DNA of 64,000 bases from an uncultured bacterium (GTDB lineage Bacteria > Acidobacteriota > HRBIN11 > JAKEFK01): contig CAVZQN010000004.1 of assembly GCA_963777505.1 (NCBI GenBank), forward strand, positions 160,001-224,000. The letters run 5' to 3'. Under the pieces are notes generated by a model, which worked only from the letters and a program-made list of their open reading frames with translations, did not search any database and was not told where the DNA came from. Positions 37,201 through 45,881 of the stretch are shown piece by piece. The translations under genes were made by a program, and so were the position numbers. Position 1 is the stretch's first letter. Every line of letters starts with the position of its first letter.

Positions 37201-39162
37201 GCCTTTTGGCGTTCCAGTTGATCCCGATGTATAGATGATGTAAATCAGGTCGCGAGAATCTCCCTGCAAAGGAAGTGGTTCCTTCTTTTCCTTTCCAATG
37301 GATTTCCAATCTGAATCAACACAGATCACAGGAACGGATTGATTCAACTTCGATCGAAGTGAGTTTTGTGTGAGTACCGCGGACGCGTTCGAATCTTGAA
37401 TCATAAATTCAACACGATCCGGCGGATATGTTATGTCGATTGGTAAATAACAGGCTCCAGATTTTATGATGCCCAGAACAGCGATACACATTTCTATCGA
37501 GCGATCTATGAAAAGAGCAACAATCTTTCCACGTCCGATACCATTACGGTTCAGATATCCGGCAAGCTGATTCGATTTAGTGTCCAGTTCTTTGTATGTA
37601 AGCTCTTGTTTTCCACAAATAACTGCGATTGATTTGGGGGCAGCATTCACTTGATCCTGAAATAATTCTTCGAATCTACGATTTTCGGGAAATTCTGATT
37701 CAGTCTGATTCCATGTTTGAAGAATCTGTTCCGTCTCTTGTTTCGTCAGAATATTAAGCTCTGAAATTTTTTGATCCGGATTTTCCAAAATCGAATTCAG
37801 CAGGGTGAGAAAATGGCCCGACATCCGTTCAATGGTTTGATTTTCAAAAAGGTCTGTATTGTATTTCCAAACTAATGTAATGCCCTCATCTTCTTCTTCA
37901 ATCTCAAGAGCGAGATCATGCCTTGATGTTGAACTATCTGCGCGCACATATTCGAAACGTAATTCATCTAGCTCGCGAAATCCTCTTTTGGGGCGAACGC
38001 TGAACATGACTTGAACTAATGGCGAATGACTCTGGGTACGTTCGGGTTGTAATTCTTCCACTAACTTTTCAAAAGGAAGATCCTGATTTGCTAATGAATC
38101 AAGGCGCGCAGTTTTAACGCGCAGCAGCAATTCTCGAAACGTTGGATCTCCCGTTAGATCGGCCCTATGCACAATGATGTTTTCAAATAATCCGATGAGC
38201 GATTTTGTATCTGGAAACGTTCGACCGGGAGTTGGACAACCAACCAGAATGTCTTCTTCTCTCGTGTACCGGTGCAAGAGAACATCAAAAACTGTGAGCA
38301 GTATCAAAGAGAGAGTCATCCTTTCCTGGATGCAGAATCCAAAAAGATCTTGACTCAAATCCTTTTCAGCATTTTCTATAAAAACTTCTCCATTGAAGGT
38401 TTGCAGTGCGGATCGTGGGCGATCCGTTGGAAGAGCCAGGACAAAGGGAGCGCCATGGAGGCGATCAATCCAGTATGCGGTCTGCTTTAGAAATAGCCCA
38501 CACTTATAGGATGTTTGTTGTGTGTGCGCAAAACTTGAAAATTGTTGAGCTGGACCTTGCGGTCGTATCTCTTCACCCTTTGAAATGATGTCATAGAACT
38601 CTATCAATTCGTCGAATAGGAGTTTTAACGAAGTTCTATCAGCAATAATTCGGTGGGTCGTCAGCAGCAGTAGATATTCTTCAGATTCGATTTGTATTAA
38701 GGTCAAACGCATCAACGGAGGTGACGCCAGGTTGAATCTTTCAAACCTATCCTGGAGGCTTAATTCCTCAATTTTTCTTTCTTTGTTACTCTCTTCCGTA
38801 TGCCGTAAATCAACCTTTCTAATACTTGAACCGACGTTTCGAAGGACAGTTTGAGCGGGAACGCCGCTTTTCTCATCAAAGGACGTACGCAAGATATGAT
38901 GACGCTGAGTCACAAGGCTCAGGCTTTTCTCAAGAGATGGGATATTTAAAGGACCATGGATTCGAAGGCCATCCGAGATGTGATTCGCAGGACTTCCTGG
39001 ATTTAATTTCTCAAGAAACCAGATCCTTTGTTGAGCAAACGAAAGTGGAAAATCTCCGGATAGAAATCCCTGTGACAGTAAAACATCGTCGAATTCCAGG
39101 CCTTTTTTCGGTTGAAGGCTCTTTGAAGGCAGAGTGATATTTTCTTTTTCTGAAAAATCCAT
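34300..39162 (-). CDS. Single-module NRPS (C-A-PCP-TE) fused to a C-terminal Sfp-type 4'-phosphopantetheinyl transferase
   Basis: C: LSFAQQRIWF, THRIIADR, DLPFEKLVEEL. A: YTSGSTGTPKG, NGYGPTE, YKTGD, QVKIRGFRIELGEIE, TGKIDRK. PCP: DNFFDLGGHSLL. TE: GLSSGG, GDHLS. PPTase: YGKP, FNVSHS, GVDVE, WTRKEAYIKA. Confidence 0.92.
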   Translation of the reverse strand: MDFSEKENITLPSKSLQPKKGLEFDDVLLSQGFLSGDFPLSFAQQRIWFLEKLNPGSPANHISDGLRIHGPLNIPSLEKSLSLVTQRHHILRTSFDEKSGVPAQTVLRNVGSSIRKVDLRHTEESNKERKIEELSLQDRFERFNLASPPLMRLTLIQIESEEYLLLLTTHRIIADRTSLKLLFDELIEFYDIISKGEEIRPQGPAQQFSSFAHTQQTSYKCGLFLKQTAYWIDRLHGAPFVLALPTDRPRSALQTFNGEVFIENAEKDLSQDLFGFCIQERMTLSLILLTVFDVLLHRYTREEDILVGCPTPGRTFPDTKSLIGLFENIIVHRADLTGDPTFRELLLRVKTARLDSLANQDLPFEKLVEELQPERTQSHSPLVQVMFSVRPKRGFRELDELRFEYVRADSSTSRHDLALEIEEEDEGITLVWKYNTDLFENQTIERMSGHFLTLLNSILENPDQKISELNILTKQETEQILQTWNQTESEFPENRRFEELFQDQVNAAPKSIAVICGKQELTYKELDTKSNQLAGYLNRNGIGRGKIVALFIDRSIEMCIAVLGIIKSGACYLPIDITYPPDRVEFMIQDSNASAVLTQNSLRSKLNQSVPVICVDSDWKSIGKEKKEPLPLQGDSRDLIYIIYTSGSTGTPKGVAVCHRNLVNQALGVKKVYSLQSDDRPLQFASISFDVAAEELYPTWLTGATLVLRHEHMLASFNTFLKEVEKFKITLLNLPTAYWHELVQEIQSSSFVIPSCVRAVVVGGEKVSYPAYKQWLQIAGDSVHFFNGYGPTETTITSTIFSDSQINRKTADSIQDVPIGRPIANTRIYVLDKNMQPVAVGVPGELWIGGEGVSCGYLNRPELTTSRFLTDPFINDQKSRIYKTGDLVRYLPDGNLQFYGRVDNQVKIRGFRIELGEIETALSQHTSVREAAVTAPTLDGTARIVAYASLHDKSTTSRELKEFLSSKLPDYMIPATFIFMENLPFTATGKIDRKNLPLPENLDGDQQKDYVPPRDELELKLAGIWQKLLNVTRVGIKDNFFDLGGHSLLAVRLFSQIEKETGKNLPLATLFEAPTIEQLAVILKQDGWNAHWSSLVPIQPNGELPPFFCIHAIGGNVVGYQPLGEYMSPNQPIYGLQARGLDGKQTPHVVVEEMAADYIREIKTLQPEGPYHLGGLSSGGTIAFEMARQLFEMGDQVGVLALFDTEAPTFLRIVSLDQEVVPSKWTAYQERIKYHFDMLFVKKQWKSHLKQKFRTVKRRVRTKLKLANYKLFRKLGKPLPKTLLRVHEANNQALLDYHPGYYPGDLTLFLAMQKAVGQKIAPDVGWKPFARMITVCNIPGDHLSILKEPNVKELAEALQQCIDEFSTKNENRIEITNSSNGIKMESNQSTFRIQEGELHIWKALFSAHEKSVDDFLQVLSKEELQRARRFHFQPDSQKYVIGRALLRSVLSLYTQMEPKDIQFHYNSYGKPFLKNFTGFNFNVSHSHDVIVFALTAGAEIGVDVEYIRENMDNEEIANQYFSPSEAATLRSLPAGEKALGFFRCWTRKEAYIKAKEKGLSLALKQFDVSLSPEEPPRLLRTNFDRHETERWNLYNLNPAENYAGAVAINIPLSNIHYFSI

Positions 39163-39366
39163 TCCTCACCTGGGTCATATCCGTTGGACAACTTCCTGGC
39201 CTTCCCCAAGAACCTCTCAGCTGGCACATTGGATTAAATTTTTGCTACCTTTGAAATTGGGCTTTTTTCCCCCCTTTTTCAAGAGGGGGATTGAATAACA
39301 TATCGACGATACACCAAAACGACTCTAAACGATACAATAGAGGTCAATTTTTTTTCGGAGGCACGA

Positions 39367-41409
39367 ATGACACAAAGGTTGTTGTGTTTTGTAATCTTAC
39401 TTATCTGCAGTACGGCACATGCTTTACGGCCGATGGAAATTCAAGATCTTTTCAAAATCAAAAGAATTTCAGCAGCGTCTCTTTCACCAGATGGGGCGCA
39501 AGTCGTGTATACGGTTGCACTTGCAGATGCGGCCGAGAACAAAACCACAACAGACCTTTGGATCAGTAATATCGATGGGTCGAATATCCGGCAGCTAACA
39601 AATGATCCAAAACACGATCGCAACCCGGTGTGGTCGCCGGACGGGAAATGGATTGCTTTTGAATCAACACGTTCAGGAGAGTCCCAGATCTGGCTGATAG
39701 CACCTGAAGGCGGAGAGCCTCGTCAGCTTACTAAAATTTCAACGGAAGCTGACACGGTTGTTTGGGCGCCCGATAGTAAGGCTCTTGCGTTTGTTTCAAC
39801 CGTCAATCCTGCCTATTCGACGAAACCATTTTCTGAAAGTGACGCCTTAAACAAAAAGGATATTGATCAAGCAAACACAGGAAAGATAAAAGCCAAACTT
39901 ATCACCAAGTATTATTTCAAGCATTGGGATACATGGGTTGATGGTAAGCGCAAACACATATTTATTCAGCCAATTGATGGCGGCGATCCAAAAGATTTGA
40001 CGCCAGGTGACCGTGATGGGGTTCCGAGTTCAACTACATTTGCTGAAGGTCCCGAATTCGCATTTTCTCCGGATGGAAAAGAGTTAGCCTTTACTCAAGC
40101 ACCCACTGAAAATGAAGCATGGAATACGAATCATGACATCCTTGTTATTCCCACTGCTGGTGGCACTGAAAAGAGAATCACAGAAAATCGTGGAGCAGAT
40201 GGTCAGCCTCTTTATTCACCTGATGGAAATTGGATTGCCTACCGTGCTCAATCAATTCCCGGACATGAAGCAGATCGCTGGCAGCTTTATTTGTATGAAC
40301 GGAACACGGGGAGGACACGAAGTCTAACGTGGGAATTTGATACTTCGATCGAAGGTTTTACATGGTCTCCTGATAGCAAGTTCATTTATTTTCATGCACA
40401 AGAAAGCGGGAAGATTCCAATCTATAGAGTGTCTTTGAAAGGCAGCGATATCATCAAGGTTTTAGACACACATGTTAACAGTGCAGTTAAAGTTACAAAA
40501 GACGGTCAAAGCCTGCTTTTCGAACATCAGCGCGCGACGCGTCCTGTAGAGTTGTGTACAGTCGGAGCGGACGGAAAGAATTTGAAGCAAATTACACACG
40601 CGAATGATGAATTATTTAAGGAATTGAATATGCCAGCACCAGAAAGCATCCTGTATGTAGGTTCTGGTGAAAAGAAAATTCAAGCATGGCTTTGGAAACC
40701 GCCAGCCTTTGATGAAGCGAAAAAATATCCATTTGTTTTGATGATTCATGGCGGTCCGCAAAGTGCCTGGCTTAGTTCATGGTCCTATCGCTGGAATCCT
40801 GCTCTATGGGCTGCTCAAGGCTATGTTGTTTTAGCACCAAACGTAAGGGGGAGTACAGGTTTCGGACAGCAGTTTGTAAACGAAATCAGTCGAGATTGGG
40901 GTGGCAAACCATTTGAGGATCTAATGGCCGGCGTTGATTACGCGGAAAAACTTTCGTATGTAGATAAAGATCGAAAGGCTGCAGCAGGTGCTTCGTATGG
41001 TGGATACATGATTTTCTGGATTCAGGGGAATGCTCCCAATCGATTCAAAACCCTTGTCGCTCATGATGGCGTCTTCAACTTTTACAGCAATTACGGTACA
41101 ACGGACGAACTATGGTTCGATGAATGGGAACACGGAGGGACACCGTGGGAAGCAGCTGACAATTACGATCAGTTTTCACCTCACCTTCATGCAGGCAAGT
41201 GGAAAACGCCAATGTTGATCATTCATGGTGAATTGGATTATAGGGTTCCAGTTTCAGAAGGAATGCAGGCGTTTAATGTTTTACAACGCAAAGGAATTGC
41301 ATCGAAGTGGCTTTATTTTCCGGATGAGAATCATTGGGTGTTAAAACCTGGCAACAGCGAACTCTGGCACAAAACAGTGTTTGAGTGGTTAAAGGAAACA
41401 TTAAAGTAG
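39367..41409 (+). CDS. S9 family serine peptidase (dipeptidyl/acylaminoacyl peptidase) with PD40 repeats, exported
   Basis: Signal peptide. WSPDG repeats, IHGGP, GASYGG (Ser), HGELDYRV (Asp), PDENH (His). Confidence 0.95.
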   Translation: MTQRLLCFVILLICSTAHALRPMEIQDLFKIKRISAASLSPDGAQVVYTVALADAAENKTTTDLWISNIDGSNIRQLTNDPKHDRNPVWSPDGKWIAFESTRSGESQIWLIAPEGGEPRQLTKISTEADTVVWAPDSKALAFVSTVNPAYSTKPFSESDALNKKDIDQANTGKIKAKLITKYYFKHWDTWVDGKRKHIFIQPIDGGDPKDLTPGDRDGVPSSTTFAEGPEFAFSPDGKELAFTQAPTENEAWNTNHDILVIPTAGGTEKRITENRGADGQPLYSPDGNWIAYRAQSIPGHEADRWQLYLYERNTGRTRSLTWEFDTSIEGFTWSPDSKFIYFHAQESGKIPIYRVSLKGSDIIKVLDTHVNSAVKVTKDGQSLLFEHQRATRPVELCTVGADGKNLKQITHANDELFKELNMPAPESILYVGSGEKKIQAWLWKPPAFDEAKKYPFVLMIHGGPQSAWLSSWSYRWNPALWAAQGYVVLAPNVRGSTGFGQQFVNEISRDWGGKPFEDLMAGVDYAEKLSYVDKDRKAAAGASYGGYMIFWIQGNAPNRFKTLVAHDGVFNFYSNYGTTDELWFDEWEHGGTPWEAADNYDQFSPHLHAGKWKTPMLIIHGELDYRVPVSEGMQAFNVLQRKGIASKWLYFPDENHWVLKPGNSELWHKTVFEWLKETLK

Positions 41410-41430
41410 GGGCGGGTCTAAGACCCGCCC
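41406..41430 (+). repeat. GTAG-family REP whose TAG is the stop codon of the S9 peptidase
   Basis: GTAGGGGCGGGTCTAAGACCCGCCC followed by GCTTTT. Confidence 0.85.
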
Positions 41431-41443
41431 GCTTTTATAAATC

Positions 41444-44400
41444 TTATTTTCCTGTCCAGAAAAATTTTGGCAGTTCGCGTTGTAGTGGCGCTTCTTGACG
41501 CATTGTTTCAGCATCGAAGACTTCGCCGTTTTTCACAACCCATTTAATTTTTGCAGTGTTGTGAATATCTTCCAGCGGATTTGCATCGAGAACCATAAAG
41601 TCTGCAAGCTTGCCTGCTTCAATCGATCCCAAATCAAGTGCAAAGCCGATCTTGTCTGCCGCTAATATTGTGGAAGCGCGCAGGGCTTCAATTGGGGACA
41701 TTGCAGTCGTTCCTTTTGCAGCGCCTTCGCCTGCCATTGACCATAACTCCCAATGCACACCGAGTCCTTGAAGCTGTCCATGTGCACCCAATGAAACATT
41801 TCCACCAGCTTTCAGCACGTCTGCTGCGCCTCTTGCAACTATCGGAAAATGATATTCATCAGGATTGATCCAGGGATGGCGTCGCCCAAAATTATCTAGA
41901 ACCAAGTGAGGTACAAAGCGATTTAATTTTGGATCGTCATGCGGGTTTTGAGTCTGCCAGAAATACAATTCACCCCATGGTCCGCCATAAGAAACCAGAA
42001 GAGTTGGTGTGTAGAAAGTTCCTGATTTTGCCAGCAAGTTCTACAGCGTCTTTCTTTAATTCCAACGGCAGAGAATGTTCAAATGCTGTAAAGCCATCGA
42101 CAGCCATACTCAAATCAGTAAAAAATTCGCCAGCGCCTTCGGCTGTAAGAAGCATTTTTAGTTCTCGCGATGCTTCTGCGAACCATCGCCGTTGTTCGCG
42201 CCGTGGCTGTTGATACACTTTGATCATTCGCGCGCCATACGCTTTCATGCGTTTGATCTGACGACGTGCGTCATCCTGACTGTTTACTTCCGCAAAAATG
42301 TCAAAAGGTTGTCCGCCGTATAGAACCATCCCGGATGAATAGACGCGTGGTCCCAGCATCCAACCTGCTTCTACCATTTCTGCTTGCGCAAAAACATCGT
42401 AAGTCGGCGCAGATGGGTCATAAACAGTCGTAACGCCATATGCAAGATTCGTAATGTATTCCCATTTCTGATCAGGGAAAATTTCAAAACCGGAGTAATG
42501 TAAATGCGCATGTGTATCGATAAGACCAGGAACGATTGTTTTTCCTGAGGCATCGATTACTTTCGCGTCTTGGGGGATTTGTTCGCCGGCCTTTCTAACC
42601 GATGAAATGCGATTATCGGTTATAACGACATCGGCATTTTCTAAAACTTCATCTCCCTTCATTGTGATAACGCGGGCATTCTTAAATACAACAATTCCTT
42701 TCGGAGTAAAGCGAGGAACTGTCAAACGCAAAACAATGGCTTCTGATTTCGGAACCCGTTCTTCTTCTTTTTCATCTTTAGCTTTTTCTTTATCATCTTT
42801 CTGAGCCGCTGCTTCGCTTTTTTCTTCTGCTTTCTTTCTTTGTTTTTCGGCGAATTCAATTGCAGATGTAATCGGGAGGCGATGGTATTCATTTCCAAGA
42901 GTCCACGTTACGGATTTACCTCCGTCAATCCAATGGATGAATCCACCCGCTTCATTCGTAAGACGCCACACTGGAACGGCTCCTTCTTTCAAGCCGACAT
43001 CGGGTGGTTCCTTTAACTGTGCAGAAGGAAGAGCTGTTACATAAACGTTATCGCGAGAAGTAAAAGCGACCCATTGTTCATCGGGTGATGGAACGACATC
43101 GCTAATTGCAGGAAAACGTAAATGGCGTCTTTTATCAGTGCCATCAATGCGGACTGAAACAAGTTCATTCTTTGGATCATCCGTAGGTTTTGTCGGAGGA
43201 ATGACATCAGCAAAATAGATGCGAGTGTCATCAATGTTCCAGAATGCTTGAGGATGGAAACGTCCTGGGGCTTGTCTTATGGATGTGATGTATTCTGGAT
43301 CTCCGCCTTCAGCGGGAAGCCAACGGATTTCAAAGAAATTTTCTTCTTCAGGTTGGCGTCCGCGAAATTCCAAACCGGAACCTTGAATGATTGCGATCTT
43401 ATCGCCTTTGTGTGACCATTCAGGATTCGCGTAATGTCCTGCGCGTTTTGTAAGTTTTTGTGGTGAACCTGAACCATCAGCAGCGGTTTTCCAAAGATGT
43501 CCACCTTCGGCATCGTTCCAGGTAACGTACGAAATCCATTTTCCATCGGGTGAAAAAGCAGGTGCATATTCACGTTTCGGCGATGCAGAATCATCTTTGG
43601 TGATTCGGCGCGCATCTCCGATCGCTTTGTTTCCCGAGATTTCCTGAAGCCAAATCCTTCCTAATGCATCATATGTGATCCACCGCGAATCAGAAGATTG
43701 ATTCGCCCATCTCAAGATTCGAGCTTCAACGGGCCCACTCTCAATTTTCTCCTGCCATGCAACACGTGGTGCAAGCCATTGTTCAACATTCGCAGTAAAT
43801 GCGATTTGAGACGACTGTTTGCTTTGTAAATCAAGTTTCTCAAATTTGCCATGATTCCAGTAGATGACGGATTTTCCATCTGGTGTAATGGCGTAGTTCG
43901 GATATAAATCATTTCGAGTGAATCCTTCTTGTTCATCTTTACTTAAACCGCGAACAAGAATTGTTTCCGCACCGGTATCCAGATCACGTGATACCAAAAT
44001 TGTGTCGATATCGCGCCGGCTGATAAAAAATAAAGTCTTACCATCCTGACTGATCGCGGGTCGAACTGCGCCTCCAAATCCTGTTGTCAGTTGTGCGGTT
44101 TCTCCTGTTTTACGGTCATATCGCATAATCTGCCATAGACCGCCACTTAAATCGGGAACGTAATTGAAATTCCCCCGGCGCGCTGAAAAATAAATGTAGC
44201 GTCCGTCTTTAGAAGCAACAGGACCTGAGGAATTATTGAATTCTTCCGAGACAGTTAGCTTGATTCCCGTTCCGCCTTGAATGTGATACATCCAGAGTTC
44301 CATCGGCGGAATTCCGGCACGTTTCGCATCTTCTTTGCGTGCGATTATGTATTTTCCATCTGAAGCCCAAACGGGTGACATGAAGTACGTATCTTTTTCT

Positions 44401-44801
44401 TTTACAAGGATTCGTGGATTTGTCCCGTCAGAATTGATGAGCCATATATTATCCATCCCACCGCGATCACTGATGAAAGTGATGGTACGCCCATCTGGAG
44501 AGTAACGCGGATGCAGATCCATTGCAGGGCCTTTTGTAAGTTGTGTTGCCGTTCCGCCAGAAATCGGAAGCGTGTAAAGATCGCCAAGCAAATCAAAAAG
44601 CAGCATTGATCCGTCTGGAGATACATCAACGGACATCCAGGTCCCTTCGCTTACGGTAAAAGCAACTTTTCGATAATCGGGTCTGGGTTCGTTAATTTTT
44701 TCAGCTGCATCCAGTTTCTTTTTTGGTTCCGGTTTAGCTGCTTGCGCATTGAACGCTACAGCCAAAATCGTGACGAAGAAAATTAGAATAGTCTTACGCA
44801 C
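41444..44801 (-). pseudogene. PD40/TolB-repeat amidohydrolase family protein; one +1 frameshift near 42038 (possibly a sequencing error)
   Basis: Signal peptide, EGTWMSVDVSPDG, PGLIDTHAH, FEHSLP. Continues in ORF 41444..42037 (YTPTLLVSYGG, GAHGQLQG, GSIEAGKLAD). Confidence 0.85.
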
Positions 44802-44834
44802 AGTTCCTCACTTCCTTATTAAATGATTTATTTG

Positions 44835-44884
44835 GTAGGGGCGACCCTTGTGGTCGCCCGGGCCGGCACAAGACCGGCCTCTAC
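44835..44884. repeat. Compact GTAG REP doublet (second family)
   Basis: GTAGGGGCGACCCTTGTGGTCGCCC-GGGCCGGCACAAGACCGGCCTCTAC. Confidence 0.8.
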
Positions 44885-44953
44885 TAACAGACGGATACCG
44901 AACGAACTGAAGTTCCTGGGTGATTCATTAGACGAATGTAAAATGAAAAAGGT

Positions 44954-45647
44954 TCATATCTCCAACTTTTTTATTAATTCATTGGCCAGAACGGGGGCCT
45001 TTTGGTCGTGTTTAAGATAACAATATACTTCTTTTTCTTGCGCTTGAATCCATTTTGCCCATACATCAAGTTCGGCGGACGTATACTCGCCTTTACGCAA
45101 TCGCATGTATATGAAAGGCGCTGTGACTACTTTAATTGCTTCGGAATCCTCCGCTTCAACAACTCCAAGTGCACAGTTATGCTTTTTGAGTAAATCATAG
45201 ACATCATCAGAAAACCAGGAATCATGACGGAACTCCAGAGCGAGCTTTCCTTTTTTGGAATACAGCTCCTAAAAAATCCTCTAAAACTTTGATGTCTTTC
45301 TTAAAGTTAGGAGGAAGTTGAACCAGAACCGGCCCCATTTTTTCCATGAGTCCGTCAGCACCGTCAAAGAATACAGCCATTTCTTCATTCACGGATTTGA
45401 GTCTTTTTATGTGTGTAATTTTTTGCGTCAACTTTAGAGTGAATGAAAAGTCTGCAGGAACTCCTGAATACCATCCCTCAGTAACTTTTCGAGAGGGGAG
45501 TTTGTAGAAAGTGTTATTGATTTCTGTCGTTTTGAAATGTTGTGCGTAATAGGAGAGATAATTTTTTGAAGAAAGGTCCTCCGGATAAAAAGTTCCCTTC
45601 CATTCTGTATACGAAAAACCGGATGTACCAACAAGAATTCTGGCCAT
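44954..45647 (-). pseudogene. DUF72 (UPF0759/YecE-like) protein; one +1 frameshift at 45268-45269
   Basis: VGTSGFSY, TEINNTFY, LVQLPP. Deleting one G restores ...DFLELYSKKGKLALEFRHDSW...YMRLR...YCYLKH..., ending at TGA 44956-44954. Confidence 0.85.
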
Positions 45648-45654
45648 AATGGTT

Positions 45655-45880
45655 TTGTACCGCCGGCGGCCACGCCGGCCAGGTCAATCCTTCAAAACAT
45701 TTGTCCTATGCGAGCGGGAGCGAGCATAACGGATCGTGATATTGAATTGAAGCGATTTCATTATTGCGAGTTAGAGATTATCAAGAGAAATTAACAGAAT
45801 AATTTCATGCTCGCTTCCGCTCGCATTGGATCAATTATGCTCAAGGAATATGAGCGCCGGCGTGGCCGCCGGCGCTACAA
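45655..45880. repeat. Nested inverted-repeat element (GTAG REP pair enclosing a second IR pair)
   Basis: Outer TTGTACCGCCGGCGGCCACGCCGGC / GCCGGCGTGGCCGCCGGCGCTACAA. Inner ATGCGAGCGGGAGCGAGCAT (45708) / ATGCTCGCTTCCGCTCGCAT (45807). Confidence 0.8.
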
Positions 45881-45881
45881 A

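Noticed and set aside
39268-39290. C-tract/G-tract hairpin between the NRPS and S9 peptidase as a specific operator
   Set aside because: Single low-complexity palindrome with no second copy in the window. More likely a repeat remnant.
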